Source: Zygnema circumcarinatum SAG 698-1b (taxonomy: Eukaryota > Plantae > Zygnematophyceae). From it: a stretch of 64,000 nt of DNA. The position numbers and the translations under genes are program-made. This document shows, one piece after another, positions 28,601 through 42,872 of this stretch; position 1 is the first letter of the stretch; the number at the start of each line of letters is the position of its first letter. Below the pieces are notes generated by a model. The model was given only the letters and a program-made list of their open reading frames with translations. It did not search any database and was not told the origin of the DNA. The stretch covers positions 1,550,001 through 1,614,000 of the forward strand of contig CM074807.1 in assembly GCA_037447605.1 (NCBI GenBank). The letters are read 5' to 3'.

Positions 28601-31361
28601 GCAAGTTGACAATCCGGAGGCCAATCCTCCTGCCAGGGCAGACTTGAGCACATTTCCAGCAGGAGCCGAGGCAGACGCAGGAGGGGCCATTGGAACCACT
28701 GTCGCTGCTTCAAACCACACCATGCTGTAGCCCAGCCATGGAAACACAAAGCAAGACACCATGAGGGCATGAGCGCTGCCGATTCAACAAGACGTAGAAA
28801 CAGGAACAATGAGCGATGTAGGAGGGACGAGAATACGAAGGCTTTGGTGAACATGCTTCTGCAACTCAAAAGTTCAAAAGATTTTGGCCGAACAGCATTA
28901 AAGGATGCACACCTTGGGTCTCTGTCCAAACGTTCCGGAGGTAGCAGCAGTAAGAAATTCCGGAATTGGCCATAAGCAACCTGCCCCCTCTCCGTGTCTG
29001 CATCCAGGTACTGCATCATAGCCCGGGCATTGCCCTCGGTGGCAGGTAAGCCTGCTTTCTTAAGGGATGCCAATACCTGCCATTATCAACATCGCATGAA
29101 GCCACTGGCCAGCACATGAATGACGGTTTCACGAGCTATTCTGGGAGAAGGATCATAGTCTTGGGTTCGTAAAAAGCTGCAGTTGAGGAAACAGGCATTT
29201 ACTTCGTTGAAGGCATTGACCCGCGGGTCTGAGGAGCGATATCAATCCTGCACGACTGCATCAGAGCGGACCTGGCTTTTCTGAAGAGTGCCTGATGCGC
29301 TGAGATTGAGAGAGTTGAAAGCTCTCAACATGGTCGCCTCCTTCTGCTCCATCAGCGTCTGAAACTCTTCCCAACCGAAGGAACTGACAAACCAATTCCT
29401 CCTTGTACGCCTAAGAAACTCGCGAGCGTATCGTGACGGAAGCCTCCGCTTCCGCATGGCTACCTCAAGGTCCTCCAGGCGCACCTGCCCATCTCCGTCC
29501 GCATCGAGCTCGTCAAACAACTTTCGTCCTGCAACGCCCCACCCGGAAACACCATCACTTCAGCAGCTACTTTTGCCCAAATAGAGACTATCGATGGCCT
29601 ACATTTGCAATCGACCATTAACGAGAGAGCAAATGTGCTACACAAAAAGGCCACAAAAAGCACACCAAGACCAAGAAATCGACCCTGTCCAACAACAATT
29701 CCCACAGTTTCACTGTGAATATCGTTGAGATAACTCTCCTGTTGTTTAGAATCGTAAGTTTGCAACCATCAGCTCATTTTATGCTTGAGGACCTAATGGC
29801 CACTAAGTCCGCCGTGTCTTTAGGACATAAAGAAGTCCTGAACGAATAAAGACGGACATGCGACCTGCATCAAGATGACCATAAAGCAAGAACTATCTTT
29901 CCAACACCATGTGGCCGATACGTGCTAGTTTACTATACAACAATAAAAATGCAGGGAAGTGAAGCTGCACAGTCTTCGCTTTTGGGCAGAAAGTGCTGGA
30001 ATGCTACAGATGCTGCAGGAAACTTAAGTTCCTCGATAGAGCCATAACCGCATAGTCTCATCCGAGCTTTAGCAACAAACGCCCCACATACGGAAGCAAA
30101 GCCACAGAAGCACCCCTCCCCTTCACTACTCCAAGCTCCGGTTCATAACTCTGTTAAAATGTTTCTTGCTCATCCCCTTTTGAGACAGTTCCAGAGACCC
30201 CAATTCCTGCAAAATTGAATATGACTCTGACCAAAAATCTTCACACTCGCTGCTGAAGTGGAATAGCCCGTTCGAAGAAAACGATACGCATGTGATGGCT
30301 CACTTAGGTCGATGCCCAGGCCATACAAAGGGTAACGAGGAACACGAACCTTCGGCTTCGGTGTAGCGAAAAAACTCCTGAACTGATGACAGTTTTTGCT
30401 TGTTTGGGAAGTCGCCATGAGATTGTCCCCAGTGACGAACCTTTTCCACAATATCGGCAAGCGATGAGCTTGGTAAGGAGGACCGTAACTCTTCCACTCT
30501 TGGTCGCAACTTTTCTATTTCTGTGACAACCGGCAGCTTAAAACCTTTCAAGCGAAGCTGCTGAGCCTTTTCCTGCGGAGCTTCTGCCTGTGACTTTCGA
30601 GAAGTTGCAGAATCTTCCTTGCCAAGTCGTCTACTCTCTGCAGAAGCGTCAGATTTTATGTTAGTACCTTCTTCCACATCGGTTTGCCCAGGTGGGAGCG
30701 CGATAGAAGGTTCTCTGAGATCCCCTCTCAGTCGTGCGAACGGATTTGCATGTAGAAATTGTTTGCCAATGCGCACACCTTGTACTTTAAGGTTGGCATC
30801 GGCATCTGAGAGCTCTACTGAAGGCACGTGTCTGATTTGAGCAATGCGACCTAATCTGGCTTTGCTTTTTGACTCTGGCGAGCTGCCCCTATCTATAGTT
30901 TCTTGCATCTGATCCAGTGACGAGTCCCGCAATACGAAAAAACCATTTGCAGGCAAACCTCTTCCATTTTCCACAGAATGTTCCGTTCCTTTAGTCGAGA
31001 GACCTGCTTTCTCATCCAGAGGCGACAGGAACTCCAGCAGCAAGTTCTCAATAAGCTGCGGCCAAGCATTGGAGATAGGGGAACTAAACGCCTTTTCCCA
31101 GCCTCGAGGTTTTTTCCTATTCGCAACATTCAAGTTGGAAGTCGCCCTTGCGCCTTGCCTTTTACTTTTGGAACTTGACAAGCTAATCCATTTCTCGAAC
31201 TCTATTCGATCTATTGGCAAAGGGAGACACGCACAGCTGCCTACTGTCTCCCGCACTCGAAGCCGCCGGGCCCTCTGCTCCCATCCCTCCTTACTTCCCT
31301 CACTACTGCTAGAAGCAGGTGGCGCTCCACGGATGCCATCCTGCAACCCTTCCTCTTCCAT
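25642..31361 (-). CDS. Mitochondrial carrier family protein with N-terminal EF-hand region (SAM-carrier-like, At2g35800 type)
   Basis: SVQEFFRYTEAEG, EF-hand FDELDADGDGQVRLEDL, WFEAATVV, and three carrier signatures PLDTLKTRVQ, PCEVLKQRLQ, PFDVIKTRMM; exons join in frame. Confidence 0.9.
27299..27780. repeat. Intronic (TTTTGG)n and CT-rich low-complexity tract
   Basis: TTTTGG-like units about 27299-27341; pyrimidine-rich tract about 27500-27780, inside a carrier intron. Confidence 0.7.
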
Positions 31362-32249
31362 GAATAGAGCGCAGTCATCAACTGCAGCCTGCAGGCCCTA
31401 CCCCCTAACAGCCTCTGGCAGCTGCCCTTGCAGCGTCTTTCCTACCGCCTGCTGCTCCGTCTGCAACCTGCTCTCGCGCTGCATCACACTCGGCTAGCCA
31501 TTGGAGTGTTCTCCTGCTGGCTTGGCCTGCATTCCCATGGTCACGCTGCGCTACTGGCCTTCATCCTCCTGCAGTCAGGCGGCGTCCTCGGCCTGAGCGC
31601 GAGTAGGGAGAAGGGCGGGAAGAGGCAAGCGAGAGGGAGGGAGGGGGGGAGGGAGAGAGCGGGAGAGGAGGGAGAGGCGGGGGGGCGTGGCGAGCGGCCA
31701 CGTGGCGGCGGAGAGGGTGAGGCTCGCGAGGGGGCGCGCGCCACGTCCGCAAAAAGGGGCCGCCTCGCCTTATCCCTCTCTCGCTTTGAAACTTTGAGCA
31801 TGGGGGGAGGAGGGAGAGGGAAAGGGAGAGGGGGAGAAGGGGGTGGAAAGGGAGGGTGGGAGGGGAGGGGGAGTTCAGTTCAGATGATGCGTTCAGTTCA
31901 CTCTTCAACTACTGCGAATAATGATGCTCGCAAAGGCACGCGCCACATGAGCGTCTGAGGTAGTCGTTGTTGGATTGAGGTGTCTGCAGGTGAGGCAAGT
32001 GGGCAGGCTTGAAATGACGTGGATTTGGACCTGTGTAAGGTTATTGAGGCTCGATGACATGGCTTAAAGGCAGAAAGTTTACATTCGACGGAGTGATTTT
32101 TGCCTAGCGTCATAAAGCTGCCAAAGAGTTTATCGCAAATACTGACTGAAGAAATTTCTCAAATCTGTACAAGGGAGGCAGGCTGATCTCCTGCCCCACC
32201 GTCGTGTCTAAAGTCACAGTAATAACTGTACATATCAATACTACTAATC

Positions 32250-35200
32250 TTAAAAGCAGGCCTCTGCAAGCGGTTCTAAAACAACCAACTCATGCGGCAG
32301 TCCCGCCATCCGCCTGTGCTCAGAGGGAGGCGCTGGCAGAAGTCCAAGCTCTGGGAGGCTGGACTGTTCAGCAGAGGTCTCCTCAGGAGGAGAATCAAGA
32401 ACGGCGTCGGATAAAGAGGGCAGGCTGGCTGCCACCACATCCTTCACAGTCTGCCACAAAGACACACCATACGGCTACTTCAGGGAATGCAAGAGACATT
32501 GCAGACTGACGAGAACTATGTAGAGATTGCACAGCTTTCATAAATCCTCTTATCGAAAAATGAAAGACCTGCTCATGAAAACATTTCAGATTGGTTTCTT
32601 AGTGCATTTTGCCACGGACATGCTACATCGATCAGATCCTGGAAACTCAACCCACACCATGAGTATCGAGCGAACCTCAGCCTTCAGAAACACATCTTTC
32701 AAAGTGCAAAAGGTAATTGAGTCCACCAAATTCGTGCAAAGAAAGAGGGATTACCTCTGAATCACGCAAGGCCACTTCAATAGCTCGACGCCATCGAGCT
32801 CCACCTTTCTCGCCATGAAAAAGTCCCAGCAATGGCTGCAGAACCAAAGACCAGCCAATGAATACCGATATCAGCAAAAGAAAGAGAGAAAGTGAGAGGG
32901 GGGGAGAAAGTGAGAGAGGAAAGAGGCCGATACGTTGCTTGAATGTATAAAGGGCATGAGCAGTGGGCTAAAACGTATTTAGTAATAGACCGAAGATTCA
33001 CTCCAACACGAAAACCAGTGTCGGTGGCTCACCATGATCAAAGCACGCAAGCTCGGTCTGTGCGGGTTATACCGCCCCTTTGCACTGTCTGCATACTCCA
33101 CGTAGTCCTTCAGCACCTGCACCCACACCTCTAAACATCATCCATCAGCTGAGCTATTCTGAATCCCTCTCTAACTTGCACTAAGTTACAGCACCCATCA
33201 AAGTGACGAAGGCTGGCTACCTCACAGATACACCTGCCTTGAGAAACTGCTCCACCCCATACAATGAATAAAGCACAAGATAGGTTGCCACAGACTCGAG
33301 TATTGAAGGACGGGTTGGCGTCTACCTGCCGCCTGGAGACTGCACGGTTTGACACTCCATAAATAGCACGATCTGCATCGCCGAGAATATGCCAAGGACT
33401 GCTCAAACAAGAAAAAGTGACCGTCACAGGTAGCCCAAAATCATATTGATACAAGGCTCCCCTTACGTGAATCATCGCAGTTGCTTATTCTGCGATGTTT
33501 ATCCACTCAAGGCCCCTTCAGAAATGGAGGACTGAAGGATCAGGGTGCCACACAACCATAGTGGTTGTTGAGAACAGCAAGCGAAATGTAATGGCCAAAG
33601 AGCATTTTTAACCAAATAAGCAAGAAAAATCCCCCGCTTAACCCCAAGTCTTCTTCCACAGGTCCTAAAGGGAATACCCAGCATGTACGCTGAATAGATA
33701 TGAACTAGGCTCCACCAGTTCCCACACAAGCAGCACGGTATAGAATGCAGCTTTCAAGCGCACTTTGCAGCTTTCTACGTACCAGCTATATGCTGCCCGG
33801 CCGATCATCACGCCTTTGAAGCCCCAATGCAAGATGGTTTGAGCCTGCAATGCCATTACCTCACATCAGTATTAAGCAGCCCTAAGCGAGGTATGAGAGC
33901 AGCACTAGAGTGCCATCCTCTGAGAGACCCCATAATGATGCTTATGAGCGTTTGACTACTAGGTTACTTGCGACTATTTAAAACTCACTCTGGGCTTCTT
34001 CAAGATTCACTAAAGAGGATGAGAGAAAAGGATATTAACTAAAGAAATGACTGGACTATCACCTCACCTCTGATAGCGTCTTGATACCTCCGTTCAAAGT
34101 GAAGTCTAAGTGTGGAAAGTCCCTCATCAGAGCCGCCACAAACTCATACCTGCCATACAAATTTCCTGAAATGTACGTCAGCTTTGTCTATTGCTTCTTG
34201 CAACCTTGTCGAACGCATCTCAGGTCTGGAGACAAGAAAGAAGGAAATTTTGTCCAAAGAACAGGCCACCACATGACAACGGCTGCAGAATTCTTCAGGA
34301 CCGAAATGGACAGGCCGCGGAATACAACGGGACTGCAAGTAAAGGCGCCCATTAAACAAATCAGAGGAAAATGAAACTGAGAAAACATCGTACAACTTTG
34401 GAAGCAGCAAATTGAAAAGCAGGAATGGAGAACTCAGTCACAAGACATAAACCGTCAACCATATGGCGCCCATCACCAAGTGTGCCATCCATCTTCTGTC
34501 TTAAAAAGTCAAAAGGAAGAACAAACAGTGCAAGCACGCACCGAAGTGGAGGGACACTGCGATTTTGGGATGGACTTAGTCCTTTAAGCAGCGCCTTCCG
34601 GGCATGAATTACGAAATGCTTTACCGGTGCGTGATTCGATACAGTGTCCACAAATTCACCTGCAACCCATCTCCTCATCAAAGCTCCTCGAAGATCAGAA
34701 GGGCTCTCAAATGTCTCCTCTATTGTTCGCAGATCTGTGTGGCATGCCATGCTTGGGAGTTGAATAATGAGCATCCAACACGGCAACTCTAGGGCTCCAA
34801 TACTTACAAAGTTCTTCATAAGAATCACGATCGTCCACTCCAATGCGACATTTAATGGTGACAGGAACACTGCAGTTCAGCGCCATAGATGCTACAGCAT
34901 CAGATACTCGCTGCAACCCACAACGCTCATGTCTTCGTCAACACCAAAACTGACAGCATCATGATAATCTCCTCGCTTCCCAGAACAGTGACAACCTTGT
35001 CGTGAACTGACAAAATAAGGGTGCAACGCTCCTTCTAAATGGTAGTACAAGTTTAACTCTCTGAACATAACACACCCGTGGGTCAAGCATGAGTCGCGCT
35101 CCAAAGCAGCCATGGCCAGCAACAGCATTGCTAGGGCATCCGCAGCTGAGCCCTCCCCGCATCACGAGATACAGCCATTCAGCATCTAAATTCAGGGGCT

Positions 35201-37609
35201 GCTACAACCAATACCTCCAGATGGATAAAAACGAAGCTGTCACAAATGAACAGTCAATGTTTGAACAAAACTTGCAACTTAAACTCAGTAGTACAATTGA
35301 AGTTATTTTTGTGTACCTTCTTTCTGCACTGCGATAACCATTAATAAGGAGTATCTCACACTAAAGACTAGCAAAGGCATAAAAAGTCCTTCACCGTATT
35401 GACACGAAAGCAGCCTTCAAACTACATTGTGATTAAGCAGATTAACAATAAAGATCTGATGTAGTCCATCGTTAAACAGTAACTGTTCCTGCTTTCATTT
35501 GAACCTGTCGACAGATAAAGCGTGTTCTGACTATATACCACGCTGCAACTCCATCTAAAATACAAATAATGGGAACCGCAACGGCAAACCTCCTCCCTGC
35601 CGTCTCATATGCTATTCTCTGACAGGGTGAGGCATCTCACTTGAGGTTGATTTCATCATAGCCATAAGCATCGGCAAGCCGAGCCGCTTCCCCTAATAAT
35701 GCGGGGTCGCTGCCTCCAAGCTGAAGCACAACAGGATGCTGCGCAGCGGGAAACTCCAGCCACTTATCCTGATACGCCAGTCAGATTAACCATCAATATG
35801 AAAATTGTAACACCATTGGCATTACCCATCATGTCATAGGACAGGAAAGGCAGGCATACCAAATTGGGTTGCTGATGAATGAGAGTATTGTCGACCACCA
35901 TTTCAGTGTACAGCCAAGTATGGCGGCTCAACAAACGCGCCAAGTGACGAAAGTGATTGTCAGTGTACTCCATCATGGGGGCAATGCTGCAGATAAATGC
36001 CCCAGAGCTAGGTTGAAAATATATCCAGCGGCCACTATAATAATCGCAATCAAATTGCATATTTTCCAAACAACGAAATACACAGTCACACGGAAGACAT
36101 TTGCTATTTTGACCCTACTAAGGCAACTCCTTAAAATTAAATAAAGGCCTCAGAAAAGATTGAAATTACACCACTGCTCAAAGAGCTTCAGATGGTACGG
36201 ACAATATTGTCATCAATGGCCCATTCTCTCCTCGTTTTTACATTAGAATACACGGCAGTTTTTGGGTCTAAGCCAAAAAACTGTTGAATTGCAAGTTTAA
36301 AAGCATGAGATATCTGTGAATAAAGCAACATTGGCGAGTAGGGCAGCTAGGAAGACCTTCGCTATTTTGACCCTACTAAGACAGCTCCTTAAAATTAAAT
36401 AAAGGCCTCAGAAAAGATTGAAATTACACCACTGCTCAAAGAGCTTCAGATGGTACGGACAATATTGTCATCAATGGCCCATTCTCTCCTCGTTTTTACA
36501 TTAGAATACACGGCAGTTTTTGGGTCTAAGCCAAAAAACTGTTGAATTGCAAGTTTAAAAGCATGAGATATCTGTGAATAAAGCAACATTGGCGAGTAGG
36601 GCAGCTAGGAAGACCTTCGCTATTTTGACCCTACTAAGACAGCTCCTTAAAATTAAATAAAGGCCTCAGAAAAGATTGAAATTACACCACTGCTCAAAGA
36701 GCTTCAGATGGTACGGACAATATTGTCATCAATGGCCCATTCTCTCCTCGTTTCACATTAGAATGTTGCGCACATGCTTTGGCTACGATTGATCAAAGAC
36801 TAAACAATAACTCTACATACTCACACCAAGGCAAATATGGACACAATAGTATATGGAAAACATATAAAAAAAAAAAAAAAAAATGATCCTTGTCACCAGA
36901 CTTCTACAAGGTTCGAATGTGGAAGATGCACATACAATCATGATAAATCAGTGTGAAAGCACGACAAGCAATCGACATTGCCACGTTATTCCAAAAAAAT
37001 GTGATAGATGATGCAAATTCTCCATTCTACGAAGCCTTGGCTTGTACAGAAATGCGGAGAAAGTAGTAGCAATGTCAACTCGCTGTGTCCTAACGGCACA
37101 TCGACAAGATTGACAAGTTACCTTAGTCGAGGTGGCGGTAACTTTTCCGCCAATAATGCATCTCGTGAGACTCCAGCGGGACTGGAATAAACCGTCGGTG
37201 TCGTATCAAAAGTAGCCCAAGGACTGCCTCCTTCACATTTGTCATTTGACGAATCATTCGCTGCAGCTGAACATGGCTCCGATTTCGATTGCCCTCTTGA
37301 ATAAAGTAATGAGTCGCCAAAACCCCAGACCCGTAAGCTTGAATCGCACAAGCTATCCCTCTTCTCCGATGTGATCGTCAAGCGCGAAGCGACTCGGGAA
37401 CATCTTCCTGAAGCCTCAGTAAAGAACTTATTCCTCAAAACCCTCATTGATCTTCCACAATTTGAAGAATCGACAATCTGCAAGTTCGAATTGTGCAAAA
37501 ACCTGCTCTTTTGCGCAGGCGCGGCGCCTCCTTTCCTACCAACCTTCCCCTCTTGCAAAGCAATACTCGCGCCGCTCCAACACGAGCGAAATCCAAGAAG
37601 CGCGATCAT
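32250..37609 (-). CDS. dusA: tRNA-dihydrouridine synthase, bacterial DusA type, with probable organellar transit peptide
   Basis: [93 protein letters not shown]; long S/R-rich N-terminal extension. Confidence 0.92.
36103..36764. repeat. 258-bp tandem repeat, about 2.6 copies, in DUS intron 1
   Basis: Units begin GCTATTTTGACCCTACTAAG at 36103, 36361 and 36619; near identical; third copy truncated. Confidence 0.95.
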
Positions 37610-38124
37610 CTTCTTCCCTACTTCATCCAGAGACTACCCGCTTGCCTCACCGCTGTACAGGCCCTTCGCCCTCCCCTCGAGATAGCTCAACCCCAAGCTC
37701 CACCCTGGGCGCACAGCACCAGCCGCCATAGCTCATACTTCGCCGCCAAACGTTGAACGAGGGCAGTCCCAGGTCCGGATTCAATATTCCATGTGACTAC
37801 CGGCCGATTATCTGTGACTCTGTAAACTGAGACCCTTTCTATGCACATAGAAAAATTAAACCTCTTTGACACCAAGACCGCTATATGAACTTAGAGGTGT
37901 GGTTTCAAGTCGATACATGGATTGTATATCGTGATACGATACATACCTCGATTTATCTTGGAAAGGGGGCGTTCCTGGCTGCCACGCGTCGGCCCCTGGA
38001 CGCCCCGCGCGACCTCGGTTTTCCCTAGGCCGTACGGCCTACGGCCCGGCTCGTTGACGGCGAGTCGCTAACAGCTGGCGAGGCCTCCCGCTCTCTCTGC
38101 TTAGCGCTTCGCCGTTGAAACTGT

Positions 38125-38159
<35 letters not shown>

Positions 38160-38250
38160 CTCTCTCTCTCTCTGCCCACGAGGGGCGGGAGGGAGGGAGG
38201 GAGGAAGGAAGAGAGGGCGAGGTGGATGAGGGAGGTGAAACTGTGTGACC

Positions 38251-41200
38251 ATGGAGAAGCTAGAGCCTCTCGTGCGGATGCAAGTCAACAGCTTGTTACG
38301 GTTCACAGACATTGAGTTCAAGGTGAATGTTCGAGCGAGCCCTACTGATGCTGTTTCTGCTGATGCTTTTGTGACATATGGGGAAATGTACAGGGAAATA
38401 CATTCTGCTATTTTAAAGGTTGAGCATCGTAGTCTGGGTCCTAATGTTAAGGAACACGGTGTCTTCTTGTGTGTGCGTGCTTTTCTGAGTACATGCTTTA
38501 CATTATGGCTTAACTTTCGAGTCATGGCAGGTCGAGGAAATTCGGAAAGGTGCAGAGAGAGCTGAATTTGCAGACCGCTTTGTCGTCCTCGTGCCGTGCT
38601 GCGCCGAGCACCTGCGATGTAAGTCAGCAGGTCCTCATGAGGGAATTCCTCCAAACGCTACTTCTGAAATATTGATACGAGATTTGAATTCTGAAGTCTC
38701 AATGTTCAGCAAATGAAGTGTATCAAAAGACTGAGAGAACTTAAGAGTCACTCCCGATCTTCGTTTACTGGACGAGGCCGGTTGCTCATCGTTTTAACAA
38801 GAAACCTTGTTGAGAAGAGGTTATCCTTGGTTATCCTTCAATCATCTTTCATAAGCTTTTGAAGCAGTACTAGGGCAAGCTTTATTGAGTAAGCAGAAAA
38901 TGATTGGATTGCTTGTAGTCTGGGCCGATCAGAGTGAAGTCATTAATTGTGCGCTCGTGATTTTTTCTTCCTCACAAGGAGGACCAGAAATCGTGCAAGC
39001 TTTAAGCGAGATGTTTAATTCATTATGGAAGTGTCTGCAGCTCGATTACGACGCTCTGGAAGTAATGCGATTAAAGTGATGACAATGTCTTACGTTGATC
39101 ATCGTTAGGGACAAGGCTTAAAAAATTCTATCTTGAGAATGAACACAAGGCGACAAATGTGTGCACATTTTCTTCTATATGCCGGGAAAGTTGGAACATC
39201 ACTAGATTGGTCAATGATTCCTCGGGCGTACTTTTTGCGCTCCTATCACTTTCCTCGATCTGAAGTTCAGTGCAACCTACCAAATTTCAACTTGGTGATG
39301 GCAGGGCATGTGGTTTACAATGTCACTTCCTTGAAGTCTCCTCCAGATGTCATTTTTGGACCTGACGACGAGAGTTTCCAGCCATTAGTTGCCTTCGGAA
39401 GTAAATTTTCAAGTACAGACGCGCAGGTCATCCTTCAACTTTTACAGAATTGGGATATCTATGACCCAAGATTACTGGTGCAGCTCATCGTCACTCTCCG
39501 GTACAATCACTTGCTTTGGTTCAACTTGTCTGGTCCATCACTTGGATTTGAAGTCAGTAGTGTCGGGACTTTGGGTCTAGAAGCTCGGACCCTTCCCATC
39601 TCCTAGGAAGAGATCATGAAAAAATTCTGGTGTCGTTATGGGAGCTCAAACCTGAAGTGTTCTGGGAAAGCATAATCAGTTCAGGACTTTGAAGCATTCT
39701 AGAGGAACCTTCACTCTGCAGGAATCTTTATCTGCTGCATCAGCGGAGACATGTGGAGGACCTCTCGGACTCTCGCGTGCGCTTTGAGCTCAGCACTATG
39801 GGCACCTTGCAGGTCCGTACATCGTTTACAACACATTCGAATGCCTTCTTCATGACTCGCATATGTTCTGTAGAGAGCTTTTCTTGGAATCCAGTTTTCA
39901 TGTGATTTTTTCACTTGTGTGATTTTTGTGTTGCAGGGAATCGATGTGCTCCTGCTTGGAGGTCCAGATAAGGTCTGTCCTTTTTCTGCTTCTCCTAGTT
40001 AGCAGTCATGCCGTATGCTATTTTAGCAAACCAACGTGTTAAGGTTTTAACTTTGTGGCTTCCACCGCAGTTCAAGCAAAACTTAAATCTCTATCTGCTC
40101 AAATTAGAGAGTGGTTATATCGTTTCATGCCACCGAATCTAACGACTGATTGAGCACACTCCCATCTACTCAACTAACGCCGATGTCATCTTGAGTGGTC
40201 ACCCCTTCATAGCGGCTGCATTATGAAACTTAAAGAGTGCATCTCACCGCACCTGCCCTTTATTTTGATGGAACTTCCTGTTCTCATGTTGCTGACTCGG
40301 GGTCTGCTGTGCCGTATGCTACACCGTAAAGCCAGAAGAGGTGCAGTTTGCCATCCCCCTCCGCAACATTGACGTCAGCGCGATCGAGGCCCTCCAGGGA
40401 GGGGCGGCTCCTCCGCCAATAGTGCTGCAGGTCAGTGGGGAAGGGCCTCACTATCCAGCACTTAAGTTCAGTTCAGAGGTGGAAGCATCCAGCTGCAGAA
40501 TGATAATTTCATACTTCGCTTGCCGGTGTCGAACTGCATTTTGCCTTTTGTCGCTTTGTACTCGGGTGAAAGAAGCCAAGAAGGTCTTTTGTAACTGATC
40601 CTTTCAAGAAAACTGTTTCGGTAAAGGTTTTCTATCTTCTGTGGTTTGAGGAACTTCGAAAGTGTTCAACCAACCTGCTCGATGGTGCAGCTGAAGTTTC
40701 CTCTCGCTCGCGGAGGCGGGAGACCTCCTCCAGTCAATCTTAAGCTGGTGGCTCCCCCTGCAGTGATGGAGGCGCTCAGCCTTACAGATGCACGCATGCC
40801 TGCATGGACGGAAACCACGTATGCTTGCCCTCCCCCTGCAGAGGACAGAGAATTTTGTTCACATCATGTATTCTTCTGGTAGACTCTTACCTTTAGAACA
40901 CACTGATAGCTCCGCTGTTTTAAGTCTGAACTCAGTTTCTTTTGGCTTGTCATGCCTTGGTTGAAATTGTATGGTCTATTTGATGCTTGGAGGCGAAAAA
41001 GAGAAAGAGGAAATGAACTGGAGGCTATGGAGAGTCGCGATGATTTGGAGGAAGAGGAGGTAGCATGTGGTTGGACAAGGGATGACGTTCTTGGGTGGGA
41101 AACAGCTGCACTGTGGAGTACCTCCCTGCGCTGCAAAGCCACATACAGCAGCAGGTAGATCCACAGCCCAAAGAGGGAGATTAGTGCGTTCACTTTGGTT

Positions 41201-42872
41201 GCCATGCCTTCAGTGAAGGCGAGGGAGGACTGCTGACAAACGTGGAGAAAGGGGTTGGGTTTTTTGCAGCCCATTGGCAAGTAGACGGATGCTATGCAGA
41301 CTCCCTCTTTTCCTTTCTTTTCTTTCCTTTCTTCTCGTTCTTCTCTTTCCTCCCTCCCTCTCTCTTCTTTTTGAGTGAATTCATCCCAAATTAGAAAACT
41401 TATGGAGGGATGAGTGGGTGTAGGTGGATGAGGCCGCCAAATCTGTAGAGCTCCGGAAGGCGTTCATGTCCGCAGTGCCGGCGTTTTTTGGTCGGCCACT
41501 GGAAATAGAAGTGGTGCGGCCCTTCTCTGCAGAAGCAGCTTTGTCATTTTGTGCCAATAATGGTCGTTTTGCAAGCCGTGAACTTGTAGATCAGCGCAGC
41601 TTTATGGCCTACTGATGCAGCAGAGCCTATTCTCGTTGATGTAAGAGCTGTCAAAGGGGTGTATTCAGTAAGGAACCCCCACCTGCACCTTCTAACGAAA
41701 TTAGAGGTGGGAAGCATGTTCAGTGTCTGGTTTTTCAATTAGACATGCAACTTCTAAAGTTGCTGTTGCTCAGACGTTTCTGGTCTGACATGGAGCGTGA
41801 CGTCTATGCAGGCGCAGTTCAGAAGAGTCTCAGTGTTTGTGACCTGCAATGGCTTCGCTTTTCTGGTAAGTTAACGGCATCCATGGAGAGCTAACCTTCT
41901 TCCTTGCTGGTCTTTTAAAGGCTAATTTCTTCGAAGGATAAGATTCAGCTCACACTGTGATCCCACATTGATGTGTACTCACTTGTGCAATTTACTTGGG
42001 CCCCCTGATATCTAGGTGCACATGTCCATCCCCATGTCCTTTCCAAAGCAGCAGCCTGTCATCACTCTTCAGAGTTCACAGGTATCTTTGTCTGATCCTC
42101 CTGAAGAACATGTGAAGCGAGCAGTTTAGCCCCTCACTGGTCCTGCTGTGAGGATGATAGTCCAACCATGCTTTCAGTAACCAGCACAACATGGTGCATT
42201 TGGATTCGCTTGTACGAGTTAGGCCCTGGGCCTTCACACGCGTCTTCCTTCCGCTGGTGACTTGTATTCAGAATCCGGAGTCACTGTAAACGGAGAGAGA
42301 ATATATGTGACGGTCTGCAGCTCTGTAGGGTCCATACCTGAGGCCCTGACTTGGATTAGTCGTCGTGTTGGTGGTGGCATGCGTGCTGCTTGCAGCATTT
42401 TGATCCGAGCGGGAGGCCAATCACATCACAAGGATATGACGACTATGCATGGAGCCCACGGTGGGACCCGGAGGAGATGGTGCGCCGCATCTGGTAGGCC
42501 ATTGCTCTGCTTTTGGTTCAGCAAGAGCATACCCGTCTGTTTCATATGGACTTCTGCTTCATACATAAGGTTCATGGGCACAAGTGACCAGGTGGTTTGC
42601 TGCAGAGAATTATGAAATTCAAGTCGAAGAACATCTATGTCAGCTACTGTTCAATTGAAGTCTTGTCTATCTGCCTGAAATAATCCTGCGCAAATATGCT
42701 GCACAAAAATTCAGCCTCCAGTTTCCAGAGTGTGTTCAATTTCGTCTGCAGCACCCGACAGCAAACACCTTTCACCCTTCTCTCTTCTTTGTCCTTTCCT
42801 ATTGGAGGGTGCAGCTCCTTCATTCAAGACGTCGCCCCCACATTCAAGCGCTTTTGCAGTGAGCGGAGATGA
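38251..42872 (+). CDS. BRE: BRE/BRCC45 (BABAM2), BRISC and BRCA1-A complex member, about 13 exons
   Basis: DRFVVLVPCC, PPDVIFGPDDESFQP, RVRFELST, MPAWTETTCTVEYLP, FGRPLE, FPKQQPVITLQSSQHF, YAWSPRWDPEEMVRRI, ends FKRFCSERR*. Confidence 0.88.

Noticed and set aside
36103-36764. CRISPR array or duplicated exon
   Set aside because: Full 258-bp units without spacers, eukaryotic context, and flanking exons join directly.
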